A DNA stretch of 63,987 bases, counting the filler, from an uncultured bacterium (GTDB lineage: Bacteria; B130-G9), in NCBI GenBank assembly GCA_965372715.1. It is 3 parts of 3 records of this genome, joined end to end, with 100 filler letters (N's around TTAATTAATTAA, not from the genome) between each part and the next. Parts side by side here need not be neighbours in the genome. Positions count along the whole stretch, not along the records: positions 1 to 30,537 come from CBDVDH010000047.1; 2 more parts are not named here. One strand, given 5' to 3'. The position numbers were made by a program, and so were the translations under genes. This document shows positions 18,888-27,075 of this stretch, piece after piece; the first letter of the stretch is position 1, and every line of letters begins with the position of its first letter. Under the pieces are notes generated by a model. It saw nothing but the letters and a program-made list of their open reading frames with translations. It searched no databases and was not told the origin of the DNA.

Positions 18888-19814
18888 TCATTCGTCAACT
18901 CCCCCACTCTTCGTGGGCGCCCATAAAATCCCCGCCATTCTGAAAACCTCCTGAGCTGCGTGATGTTGCTCCCAGATGTCGCGCTTCAATAGCTCCGGGA
19001 ACTCGCGGGCGCGATGCTCCGGGCGATACTGCGGCATGACGTTCACGTAGGTGTTACACGAGACCTCCTCGGCGATGAACCTCGCGAACTCCTCCGAGCC
19101 GGCAAGTCCGCCCGGCATCACCAGGTGCCTGATCAGAAGCCCTCGCGTCGCCACGCCATGCTCATCAACCCTCAGGTCGCCAACCTGCCGGTGCATCTCC
19201 GCAAGCGCCGCCTTAACCGCATCGGGGTAGTCCGGGGCGTTCATGTATTTCTCGGCGGCCACAGTGCCCGAGAACTTCATGTCGGGCATGTAGATATCGA
19301 CAATCCCATCCAGCATTCGAAGAATCTCGACCCGGTCATAGCCACCGCTGTTATAGACGATGGGAAGCTCCAGCCCGGCCCCAGCCGCGATGTCAATCGC
19401 ACGGACGATCTGCGGGACGAAATGGGTCGGCGTGACAAGGTTGATATTGTGGCAGCCCATCGCCTGAAGCCGGAGCATCTTGTCGGCAAGTTGCTCATCT
19501 GTCTGCAAAGCGCCTCGCATCCCATGACTGATGTCGGCGTTCTGGCAGAAGACGCATAGCAGGTTGCACGAGGCGAAGAATATCGTGCCGGAACCATTTC
19601 GCCCGACGAGTTCCGGCTCTTCGCCCGGATGCGGGCCGTAGCTACTGACGATGGCCTTGTCGCCCACGCGGCAATAGCCCGTCTCTCCAGCCGTGCGGTC
19701 AACGCCGCACATTCGCGGACAGAGGTCGCAGGACTTCAGATGAGCATAGAGGGCATCTGCCCGCTTCTTGAGCTCGCCCGTTCTCGCAAGCTCAAGATAG
19801 GACGGGTCAGACAT
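18888..19814 (-). CDS. Radical SAM protein, PflX-like
   Basis: CDLCPRMC, GSGTIFFASCNLLCVFCQNADIS, NINLVTPTH, DIYMPDMK, IRHLVMPG; TGATG overlap with the upstream gene. Confidence 0.88.
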   Translation of the reverse strand: MSDPSYLELARTGELKKRADALYAHLKSCDLCPRMCGVDRTAGETGYCRVGDKAIVSSYGPHPGEEPELVGRNGSGTIFFASCNLLCVFCQNADISHGMRGALQTDEQLADKMLRLQAMGCHNINLVTPTHFVPQIVRAIDIAAGAGLELPIVYNSGGYDRVEILRMLDGIVDIYMPDMKFSGTVAAEKYMNAPDYPDAVKAALAEMHRQVGDLRVDEHGVATRGLLIRHLVMPGGLAGSEEFARFIAEEVSCNTYVNVMPQYRPEHRAREFPELLKRDIWEQHHAAQEVFRMAGILWAPTKSGGVDE

Positions 19815-20692
19815 CAGCCTTTGCACCGTCGGCAGTGCATTATGTAATCCATGCCCATTTCGTCCCGGCCGGAAAGCAGCCTACACGCCGCAACTGTGTC
19901 CCTCATCCCTTCATCCATTGGGTCCATTATCGCCGCAGAAAGGCCGTCGAAGACCGCGACCGAGAGCATGGCGCGATTGAGCACCGGGCGGCGCGGCATT
20001 CCGTGTGACACGTTGCTTACTCCAAGCACCGTCGCGGCGCCGAGTATCTCTGCCACCTTGCGCAGCGTCAGGAGCGTCGTCCGCCCGGCCATTGGCGAGG
20101 CGCCGACGCTCATCACCACGCAGTCGATGACGACATTGGAGAGCGAGAGCCCGGCCTTGGGGGCCTCGTTCAGGATTCTGTCGGCGATCCTGAGCCGGCC
20201 GTCAACGTCATCCGGGATGCCCTTCTCGTCCATTAGGAGCGCAATCAGCGCGCCGTTGCACGATTTGGCGAGCTCGAGCAACCGCGATAGCCGTTTTGCC
20301 TCGCCCGTCGTCGAGTTGATGAGCGGTCGGCCCCGATAGACCGAAACCGCCGCCTCAAGCGCCTCGACCGAGGCCGAATCCAGCGACAACGCCACGTCGA
20401 TGTGCTCCTGCAAGTACGAAACGAGCTGCGGAAGCACATCCTTCTCCGAGACGCCAACAGCGCCGACGTTGACGTCGATGATCGAGGCGCCCGCCTCGAT
20501 CTGCTTCTTGGCCAAATCGAGCGCGACATCGAACTTCCCCTCGACAAGCGATTTAGCCAACAGAGCACGATTTGTGGGATTGATGCGCTCGCCGATTACG
20601 ACAAACTCACCCTCGCCGGCTATCGTCACCTCTTCGCCCGTCCCGGAGACTCCGACGGTCGCAAGACCACTGTGGGGCATATCGCTCATCAT
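19814..20692 (-). CDS. Pterin-binding protein, methyltetrahydrofolate:corrinoid methyltransferase-like (MetH pterin domain/AcsE)
   Basis: VIGERINPT, IIDVNVG, LSLDS, LINS and GVSNVSHGMP motifs. Confidence 0.85.
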   Translation of the reverse strand: MMSDMPHSGLATVGVSGTGEEVTIAGEGEFVVIGERINPTNRALLAKSLVEGKFDVALDLAKKQIEAGASIIDVNVGAVGVSEKDVLPQLVSYLQEHIDVALSLDSASVEALEAAVSVYRGRPLINSTTGEAKRLSRLLELAKSCNGALIALLMDEKGIPDDVDGRLRIADRILNEAPKAGLSLSNVVIDCVVMSVGASPMAGRTTLLTLRKVAEILGAATVLGVSNVSHGMPRRPVLNRAMLSVAVFDGLSAAIMDPMDEGMRDTVAACRLLSGRDEMGMDYIMHCRRCKG

Positions 20693-20915
20693 TCACCTCC
20701 CGACTGTTCACTTATCCAGGCCCTCATCGCTCTTCTGCGGCCACGTCGCACAGATCAACAGGGCAAGGTCTGCTCTCAAGCTTGCTCACTATGATCGACA
20801 AGCCTCAAAGAAAGTGCAAGCCTGATTGCCTGACCCGAAGATCGATTGATTAGCGTCGAGCTTCTGGCGAACACTCCTGAGCCGGGGCGGCCCAATGCCG
20901 CTTTTATTAAGCGCA

Positions 20916-21042
20916 CACCACAGAGACACAGAGACGCAGAGAGAGGAAGTGCAGCCACCGGCTGATTCAGCGTAGGACGTAAGACTCATCACACGGCACG
21001 GCCTTGACACCTTTTCTCTGCGCCCTCTGTGTCTCTGTGGTG
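20916..21042. repeat. Inverted pair of short-period repeats
   Basis: CACCACAGAGACACAGAG (20916-33) and its exact reverse complement CTCTGTGTCTCTGTGGTG (21025-42). Confidence 0.75.
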
Positions 21043-21092
21043 AAACAGACCGGCTGTTTCGTGGGGGCCTTCGTGGCCTTCGCAGATAACGC

Positions 21093-22619
21093 CTATTCCC
21101 GGGTCTTGACGTCTTCTATCACGCCGTCAAATAGCTGAAGCGCCTTTTTCACGATGGGGATGTTCGAGGCGCTATAGAGGTCTTCGTTTTCCGGCTTGGG
21201 CGAGGTCCTTGCTTGCGCTTGCTTAGTAGGCCCGGGACGTGTAGGGCTTGCCGATTGCTTCTGTGGCTGCGGTATTGCTGGGACGGAGGCGTCAATCTCG
21301 AGATCCGGCCGGCGAGACGGCAACCGGGTTGAGACAGTCGGCCCGGCGCTTCGAGGCGCCTCGGCTGCCGCGGGTCGCCTCGGCGCCTTGGATGATCCAA
21401 GAAATGTCGCCTGTTTAGGGACAGTCGGCGGCGCCACAGGCTCGAGAATGCCGGCGCCGCGTCCGGCCACCGTTTTCTGCACTTCCGTGAGCTTCGAAAG
21501 CAGCGATTCGACCGACGCGACGTCCTCGAGGTGACAGAGCCCCAGCGCGGCGACCTCAAACGCAACCCTCGGTATCGCGGACCTAGCGACCTCATTCTCG
21601 ATCGAAAGCAGCCTATCAAGATATGCGAAAAGCTTGTTCTTGCCAGCTTTGTTCGCCTGCTCGACCAGCCTTTGCGCCTCGTCCGCCCCGAGCTCGACCG
21701 ACCTAACTTGCTCCTCTTCGGGAACCGAAAGCGCCAGTAGCATTTTGTGGAAATATGCCACGAGTTCCGCGAAGAAACTCCTAAAATTGACGCCCTGGTC
21801 AAAGAGCTTCTCGACGCCGTGTATCACGCGCGCGGGGTCGCTATCGATGAGGGCGTCAACGAACTCAGCAAGGAAGGCAGTATCGGTAACGCTGAGCAGC
21901 TTCGATACATCTTTGAGCGTCAGCTTGTCAGCCGCTATCGAGCGCGCCTGGTCAAGGATGCTCTGCGCATCTCTGAGCGAGCCGCTGGACTTATCGACTA
22001 TGAACCCAAGCGCCTCGTCGGCGGCGGGGATGCCCTCGGTTTCGGCGATTGCCTTCAGATTCGAGAGCATCTCCGAGCGGCCTATCCGGCGGAAGTTGTA
22101 TCGCTGGCAGCGGGATAGAATGGTTGCGGGAATCCGTTCAGGCGCCGTGGTCGCAAAGACGAACTTGACGCGAGGCGGCGGCTCCTCGAGCGTCTTGAGG
22201 AGCGCATTGAACGCCTGAGGCGTGAGCATGTGGACCTCGTCGATTATGTACACCTTGTAGCGGTCCCGGCTCGGCGAATATCGGGCGTTCTCACGGAGAA
22301 GGCGCACGTCATCGACGCTGTTGTTGGACGCGCCGTCGATCTCTATTACGTCGATGCAGGCGCCGTCCGGTATCTCGCGGCAAGCGGAGCACTTGCAGCA
22401 CGGCGTCGGCGTCGGCCCCTCCTTGCAGTTGAGCGCCTTGGCGAATATCCTCGCCGTCGTCGTCTTTCCCACACCTCGTGGGCCGCAAAACAGCAAGGCG
22501 TGGGCGATCTTGCTCTGTCGGATCGCATTCTGGAGCGTCCTTGCGATGTGCTCCTGCCCCACCAGCTGCTCGAACGTCGCCGGCCGATATTTCCTCGCTA
22601 TAACTACGTATTCAGCCAC
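21093..22619 (-). CDS. dnaX: DNA polymerase III subunit gamma/tau
   Basis: ARKYRP, GPRGVGKTT, zinc module, EIDGASNN, IIDEVHML, ILSRCQ. Confidence 0.97.
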   Translation of the reverse strand: MAEYVVIARKYRPATFEQLVGQEHIARTLQNAIRQSKIAHALLFCGPRGVGKTTTARIFAKALNCKEGPTPTPCCKCSACREIPDGACIDVIEIDGASNNSVDDVRLLRENARYSPSRDRYKVYIIDEVHMLTPQAFNALLKTLEEPPPRVKFVFATTAPERIPATILSRCQRYNFRRIGRSEMLSNLKAIAETEGIPAADEALGFIVDKSSGSLRDAQSILDQARSIAADKLTLKDVSKLLSVTDTAFLAEFVDALIDSDPARVIHGVEKLFDQGVNFRSFFAELVAYFHKMLLALSVPEEEQVRSVELGADEAQRLVEQANKAGKNKLFAYLDRLLSIENEVARSAIPRVAFEVAALGLCHLEDVASVESLLSKLTEVQKTVAGRGAGILEPVAPPTVPKQATFLGSSKAPRRPAAAEAPRSAGPTVSTRLPSRRPDLEIDASVPAIPQPQKQSASPTRPGPTKQAQARTSPKPENEDLYSASNIPIVKKALQLFDGVIEDVKTRE

Positions 22620-22829
22620 ATTCAGGTCCCCATGAGAGTGTCAAATTCAGCGGGCTTTTCAGCCTCGCGCACTGAGCAGAGTGTGCAGAGGGGGGTGTCC
22701 TATGTCAACGGCACACGATTTGAAAGCCCCTGGTGGCGCCCAACCGGACTGTATCGCTTGACCTCGCGATGCGAAAAGTGCTCAATATGGTGAGAGCAGC
22801 CAGAAGATGGAGATGACATACACAAAACA

Positions 22830-25800
22830 ATGAAGATACACGAAGCCATTCAGAGATTCGCCGAGGCAGTTGAGGCGAAGATGACAGCGATAACGCCCGG
22901 TGAGCCCGAAGACCAATTGCGCGCACCTTTTGAGAACTTCATGGCCGACGCTGGACGGGCCCTGGGTGGGATCGTAATCTGCAAAGGTGAGACGAGGCTT
23001 CCCGATCGCCTTGGTAAGCCCGACTATGCCATTCACTTTAACGGTCTGCTCGCCGGTTTCGTCGAACTAAAGGCGCCCGGAGTCGGGGCAAATCCCAAAC
23101 GCTTCTCCGGCCACAACCGCGACCAATGGAAGCGATTTAAGTTGCTTCCCAATATCCTCTACTGCGACGGGAACGAATGGGCCCTCTATCGCAACGGGGA
23201 ACTCATAGGCAAGTTGGTGCGCGTGTCTGGCGACGTAACAACTGATGGCCGGAGGGCCGTTACCGCCAAGGACGCCCAGCCCCTCGAACGCATCCTGCGC
23301 GGTTTCTTATCCTGGCAGCCCTTCATTCCTACCGACCGCAGAGGCAAGATTGACCTGAAGGAATTTGCGAACGTGCTCGCTCCGCTCTGCCGAATGCTGC
23401 GCGATGACGTAACCGACGCTCTCCGGAGCTCGGACTCCTCAATGCGAGTCATCGCCAGGGATTGGGGCCAATCGTTGTTCGCAGACGCTTCCGACGAGCA
23501 ATTCGCAGACGCCTATGCTCAAACTGTTACCTTTGCCCTTTTGCTTGCCCGTAGTGAAGGGGCGGAGCCACTATACCCAAATTACGCCAGCCTGACCCTA
23601 AACAATCACCACGCGCTATTGGCCCGAGCGTTGGCAGTATTGACCGATTTTCAGGTCAAGGGTGAGATGTCCGCCTCACTCGACATGCTCCTTCGTGTAA
23701 TTGGCGTTGTTCCGCATATAGCTCTGACTGGACCCGAGGATCCCTGGCTTTACTTCTATGAGGACTTCCTCGCCGCATACGACCCGAAGCTGCGAAAGGA
23801 CGCGGGGGCCTACTACACTCCCGTTGAGGTCGTTCGCGCTCAGGTCCGGTTAATCGATGACATACTCATCAACCAGCTATCCAGACCGCTTGGATTTGGC
23901 GATCCCGATGTCATCACGCTTGATCCCGCGGCCGGCACTGGGACCTATCTGCTTGGCATCATTGAGCACGCCCTTAATAAAGTCGAGTCAGAGCAGGGCG
24001 CAGGCGCAGTGCCGGGAAAGGCCACAGCCCTTGCTGCCAATCTCTATGGTTTCGAATTCATGGTTGGACCTTTCGCCGTTGCCGAGCTCCGGATTACACG
24101 TGCACTGCGCGACCGCGGCGCGACGCTGCCCGAGGGCGGCTCGCACATCTACCTCACCGACACGCTCGAAAGCCCCAACGCCGTGCCGCCACAGCTGCCG
24201 CTCTTCTTCAAGCCCATCGCCGACCAGCACGCGAAGGCTCTAGAAGTGAAAAACAAGGCCCCAGTCATCGTATGCCTCGGCAATCCGCCCTACGACCGCC
24301 ACGAAGCGTCCTCCGGGGATAACAAGGCTCGCACTGGGGGCTGGGTGCGCTGGGGCGAGGACCGCAAGGGCACTGGCGCGATCTTTTCAGCTTTCCTGAA
24401 ACCTGCAACCGAAGCCGGTCACGGCGTACACGTCAAGAATCTATACAACCAATACGTCTATTTCTGGCGCTGGGCGCTGTGGAAGGTCTTTGAGCACACC
24501 ACCGCTTCGGGCCCGGGCGTTGTCAGCTTCATCAGTGCGTCTAGTTATCTTGACGGAGACGCATTCTGCGGTATGCGCGAGCACATGCGCCGGCTCTGCG
24601 ACGAAATCTGGATTCTAGACCTTGGAGGCGAGGGACGCGGCACTCGTAAGGAGGAGAACATCTTTGCCATCCGGACGCCGGTCGCCATCGCCGTAGCCCT
24701 TCGCGCGGCGAAAGCTAAAAAGGACCGACCCGCCACCGTCCACTACGCCCGCATCAAGGGATCGCGCGACGAAAAGCTCCGGCGCCTCGATACCATTGTC
24801 GATTCCACGTCGGTGAAATGGGAGGACTGTTCCCTTGACTGGCAAGCCCCCTTCCGACCTGCAGGAAAGGGAGATTACTTCAAATGGCCGCTCCTGACCG
24901 ATCTAATGCCCTGGCAACACTCAGGAGCGGAATTCAAACGGACATGGCCCATCGCAGCCGACCAGGATACCTTGAAAAAGCGATGGCGTGCTCTGTTGGG
25001 GTCTAGCGATCAGTCGGAGCTTTTCAAAGAAACAAGAGATCGAACGATAAGCTCACCTTGTCCTTCCGTGCCTCCTAATGGATATGGCGATCAATCCATA
25101 GTAAGGCTGCCAAGAGATGCCTCGCCACCACGCATAGAGCGGTATGCCTATCGATCCTTCGATCGGCAATGGGTCTTCGCTGACAACCGGTTGGGAGACT
25201 TCCTGCGGCCTGTGCTCTGGAGCACACAGGGGTCCAGACAGGTTTATTTGGCGAGTTCGGTGGTCATGGAACTGGGCCAGGGTCCTGCGCTTACGCCAAC
25301 AACGCATGTCCCGGACAGACATTACTTCGCTGGCCGGGGCGGAAAGGACGTCATACCGCTTTATCGCGACCAACTGGCAGCGGAGCCCAACATCCTCCCC
25401 GGCTTGCTGGACCTGCTCGGTAAGGCCTACAAGCGCCGGGTCACGCCGGAGGATTTCCTCGCTTACGTCTATGGTGCGCTGGCCCAGCCGGCGTTTACTA
25501 AACTGTATTGGAAGCAACTGGAGACGCGCCAGCTAAGAGTGCCGGTCACGAAGGACGCTACCTCATTTGAGAAGGTTCGGGATATTGGGGCGCGGCTGTT
25601 GTGGCTGCACACATACGGAGAGAGGTTCGTCCCGAAGGACAAGCAGCGAGGCCAAGTTCCGTCGGGCATTGCCAAATGTGTCAAGGCCGTCCCCGGCGAT
25701 AAGGACGGCTATCCTGAATCGTTTAACTACAATGACTTGACGCAGACGCTGCACGTCGGGGACGGCGAGTTCCGGCCCGTCTCGCCCGAGGTCTTTGGAT

Positions 25801-26117
25801 TTGAGGTGTCGGGGCTGAATGTCGTGCAGTCGTGGCTGAAGTACCGCATGAAAAATGGCGCAGGCAGGAAGTCCTCACCGCTGGACGACATCCGCCCCGA
25901 GCGCTGGACCAGCCAGTTCACGACGGAACTACTGGAGCTGCTCTGGGTGCTGGAGGCAACCGTCGCGGGCTATTCCGAACAGGCGAAGCTTCTGGAGGCA
26001 GTCATCGCCGGGCCGTGCTTCCGTGCCGACGAACTGCCGCCCGTTCCCGAAGAGATGCGCAAACCGCCCCCGGCGCCCCGCGCAGCAGGCTCAGGAACGC
26101 TCGAAGGGACTGCTTGA
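22830..26117 (+). CDS. Single-polypeptide restriction-modification enzyme (nuclease - N6 MTase - type ISP-like TRD, no helicase)
   Basis: N-terminal GKPDY...VELK; GAYYTP, LDPAAGTG, GNPPY; C-terminal YAYRSFDRQW and LHTYGERF type ISP-like target-recognition region. Confidence 0.85.
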   Translation: MKIHEAIQRFAEAVEAKMTAITPGEPEDQLRAPFENFMADAGRALGGIVICKGETRLPDRLGKPDYAIHFNGLLAGFVELKAPGVGANPKRFSGHNRDQWKRFKLLPNILYCDGNEWALYRNGELIGKLVRVSGDVTTDGRRAVTAKDAQPLERILRGFLSWQPFIPTDRRGKIDLKEFANVLAPLCRMLRDDVTDALRSSDSSMRVIARDWGQSLFADASDEQFADAYAQTVTFALLLARSEGAEPLYPNYASLTLNNHHALLARALAVLTDFQVKGEMSASLDMLLRVIGVVPHIALTGPEDPWLYFYEDFLAAYDPKLRKDAGAYYTPVEVVRAQVRLIDDILINQLSRPLGFGDPDVITLDPAAGTGTYLLGIIEHALNKVESEQGAGAVPGKATALAANLYGFEFMVGPFAVAELRITRALRDRGATLPEGGSHIYLTDTLESPNAVPPQLPLFFKPIADQHAKALEVKNKAPVIVCLGNPPYDRHEASSGDNKARTGGWVRWGEDRKGTGAIFSAFLKPATEAGHGVHVKNLYNQYVYFWRWALWKVFEHTTASGPGVVSFISASSYLDGDAFCGMREHMRRLCDEIWILDLGGEGRGTRKEENIFAIRTPVAIAVALRAAKAKKDRPATVHYARIKGSRDEKLRRLDTIVDSTSVKWEDCSLDWQAPFRPAGKGDYFKWPLLTDLMPWQHSGAEFKRTWPIAADQDTLKKRWRALLGSSDQSELFKETRDRTISSPCPSVPPNGYGDQSIVRLPRDASPPRIERYAYRSFDRQWVFADNRLGDFLRPVLWSTQGSRQVYLASSVVMELGQGPALTPTTHVPDRHYFAGRGGKDVIPLYRDQLAAEPNILPGLLDLLGKAYKRRVTPEDFLAYVYGALAQPAFTKLYWKQLETRQLRVPVTKDATSFEKVRDIGARLLWLHTYGERFVPKDKQRGQVPSGIAKCVKAVPGDKDGYPESFNYNDLTQTLHVGDGEFRPVSPEVFGFEVSGLNVVQSWLKYRMKNGAGRKSSPLDDIRPERWTSQFTTELLELLWVLEATVAGYSEQAKLLEAVIAGPCFRADELPPVPEEMRKPPPAPRAAGSGTLEGTA

Positions 26118-26329
26118 GGTTGCTTAACGAAAGCTGCTGGATCTGCATAAGCGGCTTGAGGAAGTGCGGACGGAGCGCGACAAGGAGGTTCTGCGGCCGC
26201 AAACGATCGGATTGCGGATTCCGCCTTCGCATAAAGCTACGGCGGACACGTTCCGCTTGCGCATGGCTAGTCCAGCATGACCTTCAGCTGATGTAGCCTT
26301 GGTGACGCCAACCTTTGAGATCGCGGAAG

Positions 26330-26515
26330 CTACGGTTCTGGAACAGACAGCGCACGGCAGATTTTCCTCGCAAAGTTGTCGGGAATCTCTGTATGACGCG
26401 GCAATGCCTCTATATGGCCGGATTGAGGATTACACCACAGGGAATGCGATCGGCCCTCCCGTTTGAGATGGCAGCCGTGACGCCGGAGATGTTTGAGCAA
26501 GGCGCTGCGCTTCAT
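26330..26515 (-). CDS. hicA: HicA family toxin
   Basis: MKRSALLKHLRRHGC...REGRSHSLW...PRH; TAATG overlap with hicB. Confidence 0.85.
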   Translation of the reverse strand: MKRSALLKHLRRHGCHLKREGRSHSLWCNPQSGHIEALPRHTEIPDNFARKICRALSVPEP

Positions 26516-26727
26516 TATATGCTGACAATAGCCCGCTCTGCATTTTCTGGGACACCGCGAAGCGCGTCTTCTCGCCGGTCCTCGAGGATGAGAGCGATTG
26601 CCTCGGACAAGTTCTTGAGACACTCCTCCTTTGTGAGCCCTTGTCCATTGGCGCCCGAGACCTCCGGGCAATAGGCTATGAACCAGCCTTCATCCCGTTC
26701 AATAATTGCCGTGAATTCATTATGCAT
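26515..26727 (-). CDS. hicB: HicB family antitoxin
   Basis: MHNEFTAIIERDEGWFIAYCPEVSGANGQGLTKEECLKNLSEAI; GGAG RBS. Confidence 0.88.
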   Translation of the reverse strand: MHNEFTAIIERDEGWFIAYCPEVSGANGQGLTKEECLKNLSEAIALILEDRREDALRGVPENAERAIVSI

Positions 26728-26800
26728 CCAAGACTCTCCCAAGTAACCAAGTTGATTGTCTTGTTTGCCCCTTCCTACTTCTCCCGGCAGAGGCAAAAAA

Positions 26801-27066
26801 GCCGTGCACCCGCCTTTGACCAGAGGCCCCCGCGATACCAATCGCAGCCAGCTCCAATCAGGCTGCCCTGCGGCACACGAGAGGGTCCGCTTACCGCTGC
26901 TCCCTTCCAGGCCTGACGGGTTTCACAGAGTCTCGTTGCGTAGGACCCGACCTTCAACACCGCTTACGACGGTCAGACCGAAAACCAGCTGGCCGGGGGC
27001 GGGGATTCGACCCTGCTATAGCGGATTGCAGGTTCAGGGCACCGCTGGCTCCCCGTCTAGCACGGC
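26801..27066 (-). ncRNA. ffs: Signal recognition particle RNA, large bacterial type with Alu domain
   Basis: Minus strand starts GCCGTGCTAGACGGGGAG-CCAGCGGTGCCCTG-AACCTGCAATCCGCTATAGCAGGG (Bacillus scRNA-like), contains helix 8 GTCAGGCCTGGAAGGGAGCAGC and closes with GCACGGC. Confidence 0.93.
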
Positions 27067-27075
27067 TTTTTGTCT

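Noticed and set aside
19814-20692. Wood-Ljungdahl (acs) cluster
   Set aside because: A single pterin-binding methyltransferase domain with no CODH/ACS or corrinoid Fe-S genes nearby.
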